From NCBI GenBank assembly GCA_024644015.1, contig JAHELV010000004.1, positions 45,703-109,702 of the forward strand: a DNA stretch of 64,000 nucleotides, written 5' to 3'. The position numbers and the translations under genes were made by a program. Below are positions 17,706 to 28,272 of the stretch, one piece after another. Position 1 is the first letter of the stretch, and each line of letters opens with the position of its first letter. This DNA comes from Nitriliruptorales bacterium (GTDB lineage: Bacteria; Actinomycetota; Nitriliruptoria; Euzebyales; JAHELV01). The notes beneath the pieces are model-generated. The model did not search any database and was not told the origin of the DNA. It saw only the letters and a program-made list of their open reading frames with translations.

Positions 17706-19088
17706 ATGTCCTCTGGGGATCGTTCCGCGTCGTCGCGCGTCTCGCGTGGCGCCGCACTCGCGAAGCTGTCGGCCTCGACGAGTGCGAACTACCTGAAGTC
17801 ACGGTTGCTTGGCTTCACTGACAGTGACGACGCGGAGCTGCGGTTTCACGCGGCGACGGCGGACAAGATGCTCGACCTGCTGGGCTCCATGAAGGGCGCG
17901 GCGATGAAGATCGGGCAGCTGGCCAGCTTCGTGGACCTCGATCTGCCGCCGGAGGCCCAGGCGATGTACCACGACGTGCTCGCCGATCTGCGCGACTCCG
18001 CACCGCCGGCGGATCCTGCGGCGATCCGCCAGGTCGTCAACGAGCAGTACGGCGCGGAGCCGGAGGAGGTGTTCGCCGCATGGGATGACGATCCGTTGGC
18101 CAGCGCCAGCATCGGTCAGGTCCATCGCGCCGAGCTGCCAGACGGCACACCGGTTGTCGCCAAGGTCCAGTATCCCGGGGTCGCCGAGGCCATCGAGTCG
18201 GACATGGCCAACGCGGAGCTGTTCGCTCCGATGGCGCGGATGATCTCACCGAACCTGCGCATCAAGCCCCTCATGGACGAACTGCGCGACCGGCTGATCG
18301 ACGAGATCGACTACCAGCGCGAGGCGCAGTATCAGGCAGCCTTCAGCGAACGCTATGACGGCCACCCGTTCATCGCGGTGCCGCGAGTGTTCCCTGACTA
18401 CTGTCGACCACGGATCATCGTCAGTGAGTACGTCGAGGGCGCGAGCTTCGACGAGATGCTGCGGACCAGCACCGAACAGCAGCGACAGCGGTACGGCGAG
18501 ATCATCTACCGGTTCGTGTTCGGCTCGTTGCACCGCTTCCGATTGTTCAACGGCGATCCCCATCCGGGCAACTACCTGTTCCCCGGCGACGGGAGCGTTG
18601 TCTTCTTGGACTTCGGGAGCGTCAAGCTGTTCTCGTCGGCGACGCGCGACGCGATTCGACAGCAGCTGCGCGCGGTGCGCGCGGAGGACGTGGACGGCCT
18701 GATGGCTCTGCTGGACGACGCCGGCTTCCTACCGCAGCGGGACAGGCAGGTCGACGAGGTCAAGCTGATGGAGTGGTTCCGCATGTTCAACCGTCCCATC
18801 CTCGAGGACCGGGAGTGGACCTACACGCCCGAGTTCGCACGAGAGGTGATTCGCTCGACGACGGACCCGCGTGCCGGCTACCTCGATCTGCTGCGACGGC
18901 TGAACCTGCCGCCCGACTACCTGCTCCTCAACCGCATCCAGTGGGGTGTCAACTCGATCCTGGGTCGGTTGCGCGCCACGGCGAACTGGTACCGCATCGG
19001 CAACGAGTTCATGGCCGAGGGGCCGCCGTCGACGCCGCTGGGCACGCGCGAGGCGCCGTTCGTCGCCGCCTCGCCGTACCGGGCGTAG
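17706..19088 (+). CDS. ABC1/UbiB (AarF-domain) atypical kinase
   Basis: KIGQLASF, PLASASIGQVHRAEL..G..VVAKVQYPG, FNGDPHPGNYLF, FLDFG. ATG at 17706. The upstream part of track ORF 16869..19088 is antisense to the PP2C gene. Confidence 0.85.
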   Translation: MSSGDRSASSRVSRGAALAKLSASTSANYLKSRLLGFTDSDDAELRFHAATADKMLDLLGSMKGAAMKIGQLASFVDLDLPPEAQAMYHDVLADLRDSAPPADPAAIRQVVNEQYGAEPEEVFAAWDDDPLASASIGQVHRAELPDGTPVVAKVQYPGVAEAIESDMANAELFAPMARMISPNLRIKPLMDELRDRLIDEIDYQREAQYQAAFSERYDGHPFIAVPRVFPDYCRPRIIVSEYVEGASFDEMLRTSTEQQRQRYGEIIYRFVFGSLHRFRLFNGDPHPGNYLFPGDGSVVFLDFGSVKLFSSATRDAIRQQLRAVRAEDVDGLMALLDDAGFLPQRDRQVDEVKLMEWFRMFNRPILEDREWTYTPEFAREVIRSTTDPRAGYLDLLRRLNLPPDYLLLNRIQWGVNSILGRLRATANWYRIGNEFMAEGPPSTPLGTREAPFVAASPYRA

Positions 19089-19095
19089 CCGCAGG

Positions 19096-19470
19096 TCAGG
19101 CCAGCGTCGCGGGCCGAGTCGCGACCGCGGCCTCCTTGGGCGACGGGCCGTACTGGTTGGCGCCGGCCTCGCTGTCGAGGCACATCAGGACCAACAGCAC
19201 GATCACGCCGATGATGGGCACCAGGGCGATCAGCAGCCACCAGCCGCTGCGGCCGGTGTCATGCAGACGACGGACGCTGACCGCAAGGCCTGGGATCAGC
19301 ACCGCGAGGCTGTACAGGGGACCGAGCACGCCGATGCCGAGCGCACCGTCGATCAGCCCCAGCCCGAGCGCGACGAGGACATTGAACAGCGCGAAGTACC
19401 AGTACTCCCGGCGCCGCGCGCGGCCCTCGAAGTGTGCGTACTGCCGCAGGACCTTCAGATACCACTCCAT
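19096..19470 (-). CDS. DUF805 (YhaH/YhaI-like) inner-membrane protein
   Basis: 124 aa starting MEWYLKVLRQYAHFEGRARRREYWYF, with SVRRLHDTGRSGWW. GGGGAG Shine-Dalgarno (SD) sequence upstream of the ATG at 19470. Confidence 0.8.
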   Translation of the reverse strand: MEWYLKVLRQYAHFEGRARRREYWYFALFNVLVALGLGLIDGALGIGVLGPLYSLAVLIPGLAVSVRRLHDTGRSGWWLLIALVPIIGVIVLLVLMCLDSEAGANQYGPSPKEAAVATRPATLA

Positions 19471-19663
19471 GCTGGTGCACTCCCCAGATCGATGACGAGA
19501 GGTCAGCCGTACGTCGACACGCCGGCGACATCGCGTACGTCGGCTGCAACACCACGCGCTTGCATGGTCAGGCGGACCTGCTGTGCACATGCATGCCCGC
19601 GGTTGCACGGCCCCGGACGGAGCTCGCGACTCGCAACCGACGTCGGCGGGAGGTGGTCGTTTG

Positions 19664-19735
19664 AGGCCGGGGCGGGAATCGAACCCGCGAATAAGGGCTT
19701 TGCAGGCCCCTGCCTTACCACTTGGCTACCCGGCC
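19664..19735 (-). tRNA. tRNA-Cys (GCA)
   Basis: Manual cloverleaf: acceptor GGCCGGG/CCCGGCC, anticodon stem GGGGC/GCCCU with loop CUGCAAA, T arm GCGGG-UUCGAUU-CCCGC. No encoded CCA. Confidence 0.9.
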
Positions 19736-19863
19736 GGGACGCGCAACAGTGTACGCGCGAGCTGTTCCCGCGCCGTCGGGGCACGCACATGTCACGTCCG
19801 GCCGGCACGCACCGCGCCGGCCACGGGCGCCATGGTCATCTACGCCGGCCGCCGGCCCGATCG

Positions 19864-20063
19864 TCAGTCGGCGCCGTCCTCCATGGCACGCGCGCGCCGG
19901 AACGACTCCGCCGCCAGGACGCCCCAGCCGATCACACCGAGCACGTGCGCGATCTTCGGCAGTTTCCGACCCTTGCGCGGGTCGATCCTCGAGAAGCGGC
20001 CGACGCGGGTCATCGAGTCGGCCAGCAGCTGATCGGGTCGCAGTCGAGGTGCGCGTTCCACGA

Positions 20064-20067
<4 letters not shown>
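19864..20067 (-). CDS. Hypothetical small protein (67 aa), GTGA-coupled to the icd stop
   Basis: The GTG at 20067 overlaps the icd TGA (20066..20064). There is one hydrophobic segment ([15 protein letters not shown]). No recognisable family. Confidence 0.3.
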
Positions 20068-21272
<1,205 letters not shown>

Positions 21273-21351
21273 CTCTCTTGTTCACAGTCCTCTGCGGCAG
21301 AATATCGGTCCCCGTCGTCGGTGGGCCCACGGGGTGGGAAGGAGCGCGTGC

Positions 21352-23418
21352 ATGTCGGCTGCGTCGCCCCACGGCACGCTGACCGTCGGCCGACCAACTG
21401 CGAGGACGCCCGACCCCCGGGTGATGGCGTCGCGCGGCTTCGTGTCTCTCGTCTGGCTGGTCCTCGTGGCCGAGTTGTCCTGGGCGGTCGCCGGCGTCGT
21501 GCTGGCCATGCTCGGCGTGTTCTCGCTCCCGCTGGTGTTGGCCGCGTGGACCGCACTCGGGCTCGGTCTGTGGGTCGCCACACGGTCCGCACGCTCCGGT
21601 GACGGGGGGCCGACGGCCCGGTCGACCACATGGATCCGCCTGGCTGCGCTCGCCGTCACGCTGACCGCGATCATCGGCAACGGTCTGCTGCCGGGCGAAC
21701 ACCTGCAGACCGGGCGCGACGGCGGCACGTACACGTCGACGGCCGGCTGGATCGCGTCGGACGGAGGCCTGCTGATCGACGCGGAGGTGCCACCGTTCGA
21801 CAACAGCACCGACCTGGGTTTCGACGCCGCCGGCTTCCACGAGATCGTGCCGCACGGCCCGCTGTACGCCCAGTTCATGCACGCATTGCCCGCGATGATG
21901 GCGACGGTCGACCTCGCCGGTGGGATCGACCTCATGGTGCGGACCAACGCACTGATCGGCGGCGTGGCGCTGCTGGCGTTCTATGCGTTCGCCGAGCGTC
22001 TCATGCGACCGTGGCTCGCGCTCGTCGCACAGGTGGCGCTGGCGACCAACCTGGTGTTCGTCTACTTCACCCGGGCACCGTTCGCCGAGCTGCTGATGCT
22101 CGGCATGCTGTTCGGTGGCCTCTGGGCACTGGACCAGGCGGTGTCCCTTTCGGACCGCACCGTCGGCTTCGTGTCCGGACTGCTGCTGGGCGCCACCTTC
22201 CTGGCACGCCTCGACGGACTGGTCGTGCTGCTGATGCTCACGGCCGCACTGCTGCCGCCCCTGGTCGGCGGGCGGTTGCGCCGTGTGGCACCGGCGGCGC
22301 TCGTGGGCATCGCCGCCATCAGCGCGGTGTCAGTGATCGATCTGTTCGTGTTCTCGCCCTTCTACGTGCAACTCCACGTCGACTTCCTGGTGCCGCTCGG
22401 GCTCGCGCTGATGGTCGTCGGGGCGATCACCGGTGCTTCGCACACGGCGCACGGACGCAACGTGGTCGCGGGAGCGCTGCGGCACCGCGCGACCATCGGC
22501 GCCGGGATCGCGATCGCGATCGTCGTCGCGGGCGTGCTGGCCTACACGGTGCGCCCGTGGTTCGCGGTCGCGACCTGGGACCGCACCACACCGATCGGTT
22601 TCCTCCAGCAGACCGAGGGCCAGGCGGTCGACGAGGCCCGGACCTACGCCGAGCAGAGCGCGCGCTGGCTCGGCTGGTATCTGGGGCTACCCGCGCTCAC
22701 CGCCGGCCTGTTGGGCTGGGCGGCGCTCACGTGGCGCACCATCGCCGACCGGCTCGACCGGACGGTTCCCTTCCTGCTGACGTTCAGCGGACTGGCGACG
22801 CTGTACCTCTGGCGGCCGTCGATCACGCCGGACCACATCTGGGCCGACCGCCGCTTCCTGCCCGTCGTGATCCCTGGCCTGCTCGTGTGCGCCGCGTGGC
22901 TGCTGGACCGCCTGTGGTCGCGCACGTCGATCGGGCGACAGCCGCTGGCGAGCCGGGTCGGACTGGCCGCGGTGGCAGTGCTCATGGTGGCGTTACCGCT
23001 TCGCCTCATGTTGCCGGTCGCCGAACTCCACGAGGAGGCGGGGCTCGCCCGCGAGATCGCTGCGGCCTGCAATCGACTCGGTGACGACGCGGCGGTTCTG
23101 CTGCTCGACGAGGAGGGCACCGCAATGCACTATCGGATGACCCAGCCGCTGCGCTCCCACTGCGGTGTCCCCGCGGCTTGGGCCGACGACACCATCACCA
23201 ACCGGCGCGTCCGCGAACTGGCCGGGCGGGCTGGCGACCGCACGCTGTACCTGCTGGCCGAGCGTCCGGAGTCCTTCGAGGGTCGTCCCGTCGGACAGCC
23301 GTTCACACTGCTCGCGCACCGCAGCACGAGATTGGCTCCAACCTTGACTACTCCACCACAGCGCCTGGAAGGCTATGGTCTGGATGTGCTCGCGGCGCCC
23401 GTCACGAGCGCGGGGTGA
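21352..23418 (+). CDS. Polytopic GT-C-fold membrane glycosyltransferase (PMT_2/AftB-like candidate) with a soluble C-terminal domain
   Basis: 688 aa from the ATG at 21352, with GGGAAGGAG 8 nt upstream. About 12 or more hydrophobic helices followed by a ~150-aa non-membrane tail. Directly upstream of the DPPR-synthase gene. Confidence 0.65.
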   Translation: MSAASPHGTLTVGRPTARTPDPRVMASRGFVSLVWLVLVAELSWAVAGVVLAMLGVFSLPLVLAAWTALGLGLWVATRSARSGDGGPTARSTTWIRLAALAVTLTAIIGNGLLPGEHLQTGRDGGTYTSTAGWIASDGGLLIDAEVPPFDNSTDLGFDAAGFHEIVPHGPLYAQFMHALPAMMATVDLAGGIDLMVRTNALIGGVALLAFYAFAERLMRPWLALVAQVALATNLVFVYFTRAPFAELLMLGMLFGGLWALDQAVSLSDRTVGFVSGLLLGATFLARLDGLVVLLMLTAALLPPLVGGRLRRVAPAALVGIAAISAVSVIDLFVFSPFYVQLHVDFLVPLGLALMVVGAITGASHTAHGRNVVAGALRHRATIGAGIAIAIVVAGVLAYTVRPWFAVATWDRTTPIGFLQQTEGQAVDEARTYAEQSARWLGWYLGLPALTAGLLGWAALTWRTIADRLDRTVPFLLTFSGLATLYLWRPSITPDHIWADRRFLPVVIPGLLVCAAWLLDRLWSRTSIGRQPLASRVGLAAVAVLMVALPLRLMLPVAELHEEAGLAREIAAACNRLGDDAAVLLLDEEGTAMHYRMTQPLRSHCGVPAAWADDTITNRRVRELAGRAGDRTLYLLAERPESFEGRPVGQPFTLLAHRSTRLAPTLTTPPQRLEGYGLDVLAAPVTSAG

Positions 23419-23505
23419 ACTCGGGTCCGCGACAAACGGCAGTGGGTCGATCAGGAATCTGGTCCCCGATCGACACTCGACAGACGAGGTGGGTAGCGAA
23501 GCGAC

Positions 23506-24462
23506 ATGGGATCAGCGGCCACTGACTCAGCCACGCCGGTGCAGGACGCCAGCGAGCGCAGCCTGGCGCCTGCGCTCCGTCGACGGTTGGGCGCACTGGT
23601 CACGCTGTCGCGGCCCCGACAGTGGGTCAAGAACGTGCTGGTGCTGGCGGCACCCGTCGCCGCCGGTCGCATCGGGGATCCGTCGACGTTGTCGGCCGCG
23701 CTGCTCGCACTCGTCACCTTCACGATGGTCGCGTCGGGCGTGTACTGGGTCAACGACGCGCTCGACGCGGCCACTGACCGCCTGCACCCCACCAAACGGC
23801 GGCGTCCGGTCGCGGACGGTCGCGTGTCGGCGACGACCGCGTTGTACGGAGGGCTGGCGCTCGAGGTGTGTGCCCTGCTGCTGGCCTGGCTGGCGGTCGG
23901 CCCGCTGCTGGCCGGCGTGCTCGGCGCGTACGCGCTGCTTCAGCTCGCGTACAGCGTCCAGCTCAAGCGCGTGCCGGTGGCCGAGCTGATGGTCGTGGCA
24001 TCCGGCTTCGTGATCCGAGCGATGGCGGGTGGCGTTGCCACCGACATCGCGCTGACCGAGTGGTTCCTGATCGTCACCAGCTTCGGTGCGCTCTTCGTCG
24101 TCGCCGGCAAGCGCTACGCGGAATCGCTCGCCATGGGTGACCTGGCCGGCGAGCACCGCGCGGTGCTCGACCGGTACCCGCAGGCCTTCCTGCAGCAGGT
24201 CGTCGGGGTGTGCCTGGCGGTCACACTGCTGGCGTACTGCCTGTGGGCCTTCCGGACGTCGACCATCATCACCGGACCGACGCCCAGCCTGTGGGTGGCG
24301 ATGTCGGTCGTACCGGTGACGCTCGTGTCGCTGCGCTACCTGCTGCTCGTAGCAGCCGGACGCACCGGTGAGCCCGAGGACCTGTTGCTGCGTGACCGCG
24401 TGATCGGGCTCGGCGCGGTGATCGCCGCGACGATGGTGCTGTTCGGGCTGTACGGGTCATGA
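23506..24462 (+). CDS. Polyprenyl-phosphate 5-phosphoribosyltransferase (UbiA family, Rv3806c-like DPPR synthase)
   Basis: RPRQWVKNVLVLAAP and YWVNDALDAATDR (NDxxDxxxD) motifs. 318-aa polytopic protein. Confidence 0.85.
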   Translation: MGSAATDSATPVQDASERSLAPALRRRLGALVTLSRPRQWVKNVLVLAAPVAAGRIGDPSTLSAALLALVTFTMVASGVYWVNDALDAATDRLHPTKRRRPVADGRVSATTALYGGLALEVCALLLAWLAVGPLLAGVLGAYALLQLAYSVQLKRVPVAELMVVASGFVIRAMAGGVATDIALTEWFLIVTSFGALFVVAGKRYAESLAMGDLAGEHRAVLDRYPQAFLQQVVGVCLAVTLLAYCLWAFRTSTIITGPTPSLWVAMSVVPVTLVSLRYLLLVAAGRTGEPEDLLLRDRVIGLGAVIAATMVLFGLYGS

Positions 24463-25784
24463 CGGTCACCACCCTTTCGGGGTGGGGCCGGGCGGGATCG
24501 AGCGCGGCACAGGTCGTCGCCGTGCCACCCGGCTCGCCGCCGCGCCTCGTCGATCACCCGCGTGGCACCCTCGCGCGCGGCATGGCGCGCAGCTACGGTG
24601 ACGCCGCACGCAACGCCGGCGGGGTGGTGCTCGACATGACCGGCCGCGCGCGGCTGCACAGCTTCGACGACACGCTCGGACACCTGCGCGTGGACGCCGG
24701 CGCGACGCTCGACGAGGTGCTGCGTGCAGTGGTGCCCCATGGCTGGTTTCTTCCCGTCACCCCTGGGACCAGCATGATCACCGTCGGCGGTGCGATCGCC
24801 GCCGACGTGCACGGGAAGAACCATGTGGCCGCGGGCAGCTTCCGCGGTCACGTGCGAGGGTTCTCGCTGCTGCTGGCCGACGGCTCGACGCGCTGGGTCA
24901 CTCCCGATGATCGTGAGGTCTTCGCCGCGACGCTCGGCGGCATGGGGCTGACCGGCATCGTGCTCGACGCCGAGATCGCGCTCCGCCGCATCACCACGAC
25001 GTGGCTGCGCGCCACCACCCGAACGACCGACGATCTCGACGCCACGTTGAGCGCGCTGGACACCTCGAGGGCCGAGTACCGGATCGCCACGCTCGATCTG
25101 ATGCGCACCGACCGCCGGCTGGGACGAGCGATCGTGGAGACCGCCGAGCACGCTGACGAGTCACCAGATGCCGAGCGCCCGCTGGCGTACGACCCGGCAC
25201 CACACCTGACGGTGCCCGCCGGGATGCCCGGCGGCTTGCTCAACAGGGTGTCGGCGCGCGCCGTGACGCGGCTGTGGTTCGCCCGCGCGCCGCGACGGCC
25301 GCGGCAGGATCTTGTCGACATGGCCGGCTTCTTCTACCCGCTCGACGCGATCGCGGACTGGAACCGGCTGTACGGTCCCCGTGGCTTTGTCCAGTACCAG
25401 TTCGCGGTTCCGGTGGGGCAGGAGGAGACGGTGCGCCGCGTGGCCGAACGGTTCGCGACCGCGCGCTGCCCCACGTTCGTGGTCGTGCTCAAGCGTCTCG
25501 GACCGGGGGGCGGCATGCTGTCGTTCCCGATCGACGGGTGGACGATGGCAGTCGACATCCCCGCCGGTGTCGCGGAGCTGTCCAGCCTGTTGGACGGCTG
25601 CGACGAGTTGGTATGTCGGGCCGGCGGCAGGGTCTACCTGGCCAAGGACGGTCGGCTGCGCGCCGAACGGGTGCCGGTCATGTACTCCGAGCTCGACCGC
25701 TGGCAGCAGACGCGGGACCGGCTCGACCCGCACGGCCGGTGGCGCTCGGACCTGGGACGCAGATTGGGGTTGTGCAGGTCATGA
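24459..25784 (+). CDS. dprE1: Decaprenylphosphoryl-beta-D-ribose 2'-oxidase-like FAD enzyme
   Basis: LSGWGR, ARGMARSYGDAA, GGAIAADVHGKNH, GGRVYLAKD. The start ATG overlaps the upstream stop (ATGA at 24459..24462). Confidence 0.85.
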   Translation: MTVTTLSGWGRAGSSAAQVVAVPPGSPPRLVDHPRGTLARGMARSYGDAARNAGGVVLDMTGRARLHSFDDTLGHLRVDAGATLDEVLRAVVPHGWFLPVTPGTSMITVGGAIAADVHGKNHVAAGSFRGHVRGFSLLLADGSTRWVTPDDREVFAATLGGMGLTGIVLDAEIALRRITTTWLRATTRTTDDLDATLSALDTSRAEYRIATLDLMRTDRRLGRAIVETAEHADESPDAERPLAYDPAPHLTVPAGMPGGLLNRVSARAVTRLWFARAPRRPRQDLVDMAGFFYPLDAIADWNRLYGPRGFVQYQFAVPVGQEETVRRVAERFATARCPTFVVVLKRLGPGGGMLSFPIDGWTMAVDIPAGVAELSSLLDGCDELVCRAGGRVYLAKDGRLRAERVPVMYSELDRWQQTRDRLDPHGRWRSDLGRRLGLCRS

Positions 25785-26536
25785 ACGACGCCCTGGGAAT
25801 GCCCGCCACGGTCGTCTTGCTGGGCGGAACGTCCGACATCGGACTGGCCATCGTCGGACGACTGGTCGCCGCCGGTGCGAGCACCGTCGTACTGGCCGGC
25901 CGCGACCGAGCTGGCCTGGACGCCGCTGCCGGCCGGCTGGGGTCCGCCGCGAAGATCGTCGTCATGCCGTACGACGCGCGAAGCGACACCGCACACGCGT
26001 CGGTGGTCGAAGGGATCACCGAACAGGTCGGCGATCTCGACCTGGTCATCTGCGCGGTGGGGATGCTCGGCGAGAAGGATCCGATCACGCAGGACCCACG
26101 TCGTGCGACTGAGGTGATGCACGCCACGTACGTCGGACCCGCCTCGACCCTCCTTGCGGTCGCGCAGCGTATGCGGCGGCAGGGCCACGGCCGCATCGTC
26201 GTGCTGTCGTCGGTCGCCGGCGAGCGGGTACGCGCATCGAACTTCGTCTACGGGTCGGCCAAGGCGGGCCTCGACGGCTTCGCGCAGGGGCTCGGCGACG
26301 CGCTGGCGGGAACGGGAGTCGACGTACTGGTCGTGCGCCCGGGGTTCGTGCGGACCCGCATGACCGCGCACCTCGAAGACGGGCCGTTCGCGACGACGCC
26401 GGAGCACGTGGCGAGCGCCACCGTGCGCGCGCTGGAACGCGGCGACGACCTGATCTGGGTGCCCGGCGTCGTCCGGTGGGTCATGGCCGTCCTGCGACAC
26501 CTGCCCCGTGCGCTGTTCCGGCGCGTGTCCGCCTGA
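25781..26536 (+). CDS. dprE2: Decaprenylphosphoryl-2-keto-ribose reductase-like short-chain dehydrogenase
   Basis: 251 aa from the ATG at 25781 (ATGA overlap with the dprE1 stop). GGTSDIG nucleotide-binding motif, YGSAKAG catalytic YxxxK. Confidence 0.85.
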   Translation: MNDALGMPATVVLLGGTSDIGLAIVGRLVAAGASTVVLAGRDRAGLDAAAGRLGSAAKIVVMPYDARSDTAHASVVEGITEQVGDLDLVICAVGMLGEKDPITQDPRRATEVMHATYVGPASTLLAVAQRMRRQGHGRIVVLSSVAGERVRASNFVYGSAKAGLDGFAQGLGDALAGTGVDVLVVRPGFVRTRMTAHLEDGPFATTPEHVASATVRALERGDDLIWVPGVVRWVMAVLRHLPRALFRRVSA

Positions 26537-26541
26537 CAGCG

Positions 26542-28272
26542 ATGTTGGCTGGCCGCCGCCCGGCGTTGGCCGCCGCCGTCGTGGTCGTCGGGCTTGCCAT
26601 CACGCTGCACGCGCTGAGCATCGCGGGCGTCCGGCGCGTGTCGCACGACGACACGATCAGCTACCTGGCGGCCACCGGCCATCAAGGTGCGTACCAGCGG
26701 ACCGTCGACAACGCCCTCGACCCGGTAGCGCAGTGGGTGCCGGCGCGACGTTGGCAACGGTTCACCCGCGTCGAGCAGCCCTGGCCGCTGTTCACGATCG
26801 CGCAGGACCTCGGCCATCACGACATCCACCCGCCCGTGTACTTCTGGCTGCTGCACGCCTGGGCGTTGCTCGTCGGCGTGCACCTGTGGACAGGCCCGGC
26901 GCTGAACCTGGTGCTGCATGCGCTGACCGCGGTGGTGCTCTGGCGGCTGGCACGCCGCGTGCTCGGCGCGGCGTTGCCCGCGTGGGCGGTCACCGGCGTC
27001 TGGGCCACGCTGCCGGCGGTGGTCCAGACGGCCAACTCCAGCCGGCAGTACAGCCTCGCGGCCCTGTGGGCCGTGCTGCTGGTCTCGTCGTTCCTGCGTG
27101 CCCGCGACGGCGCGACCTTGCGGGTGTTGCTGGCGATGGTCGCATGGACCGCTCTCGGCATGCTCACGCTGTTCACCTTCGGGTTGCTGGTCGCCGGCCT
27201 CGGCGTCGTCTGCGTGGCCGATCTGGCGTCCCCCGAGCGCCGCAGTTCCGCGGTACGACGACTCGCCGCGTTCACGGTCGCGGGCATGGTCTTCATCGCC
27301 GCGCAGCCGTGGCTGCCCGAGGTGCTGGCGCGGCAGCGCGCGCAGGCCGAGCCGTTCAGCATCGCCCAGATGCTGGAACGAGCCAGGGTGCTGGTGACCG
27401 AGCTGCCGAGGTTCGCCATCGCCAACGTGCCGGTACTGCCGGGGATGGTCCTGCTCGCGGCGACGATCGCGATCGCGGTCCTGGCGTGGCGCGAGCGACC
27501 GGCGGCGAGGCCCATCGTCTGGCTTGCGGTGTGGGTGCCCGGCGTGACGGCCGTCGCATACCTTGCGGCCGTGAGCCCGAGCGCGGCGTATCGGGCCCAG
27601 TACTTCAGCATCGCGATGCCATGGGTTGCGTTCCTGCCGGTGCTGGCGTGGCCCCACCTGCGGCCACCACCGGTACGCACGACCGTGGCCGCCGTGGTCG
27701 CGATCGCGGCGCTCGTCAACGTGACGGCGTTCGCACGTCTGGCCGCCGCGCCCCCGGCCACGATCCTCGAGGGCCCGCAGCCGGCCGTGCTTGACAACCT
27801 GGCCCGCGGAGTCCTGCTCAGGATCCTCTGGGACGCCCCGCCTTCGCTGCCCGTGTTCGCCGCCGACCAGGCCACGTTGCTGGCGACCACGGATCGCTGG
27901 CTGCGCTGTGACACGCAACTGCCCTGTCACGCCCGGCCGGTGGTGCTGACCACGCAGGTGCAGTATGAGGCGACCGCCGACGGCCAACGCGAGCTGCTGG
28001 CCGCCGCGGGCCGGGTGCGGCGGGTGTCGCCGGCACCCGACATCGGCGACATCGCCGAGCGCTACAAGCTGTCGGCGCCGGTCGCCGTCGCGGAGCGCAC
28101 CCTGGGCGGTCCCGAGGGAGACAGCCATGCGGGCGCCCGGTCGCGGACCGCGAGCACGATGACACACACCAACACCGCGGCCCGCACCCCTGCAGCGGTG
28201 GCCAGCACGGGGTACGGCGCCGACGGCGACACCCCGAGGCGCCACCCCAGGTACCAGAACTCAGCCCAGTAG
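26542..28272 (+). CDS. Polytopic GT-C-fold membrane glycosyltransferase (GT39/ArnT-like)
   Basis: ATG at 26542, 6 nt after the dprE2 stop. First-loop acidic motif SHDDTISY, multiple TM helices, and a soluble C-terminal part. The last ~70 codons are low-complexity and overlap the convergent gene. Confidence 0.65.
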   Translation: MLAGRRPALAAAVVVVGLAITLHALSIAGVRRVSHDDTISYLAATGHQGAYQRTVDNALDPVAQWVPARRWQRFTRVEQPWPLFTIAQDLGHHDIHPPVYFWLLHAWALLVGVHLWTGPALNLVLHALTAVVLWRLARRVLGAALPAWAVTGVWATLPAVVQTANSSRQYSLAALWAVLLVSSFLRARDGATLRVLLAMVAWTALGMLTLFTFGLLVAGLGVVCVADLASPERRSSAVRRLAAFTVAGMVFIAAQPWLPEVLARQRAQAEPFSIAQMLERARVLVTELPRFAIANVPVLPGMVLLAATIAIAVLAWRERPAARPIVWLAVWVPGVTAVAYLAAVSPSAAYRAQYFSIAMPWVAFLPVLAWPHLRPPPVRTTVAAVVAIAALVNVTAFARLAAAPPATILEGPQPAVLDNLARGVLLRILWDAPPSLPVFAADQATLLATTDRWLRCDTQLPCHARPVVLTTQVQYEATADGQRELLAAAGRVRRVSPAPDIGDIAERYKLSAPVAVAERTLGGPEGDSHAGARSRTASTMTHTNTAARTPAAVASTGYGADGDTPRRHPRYQNSAQ

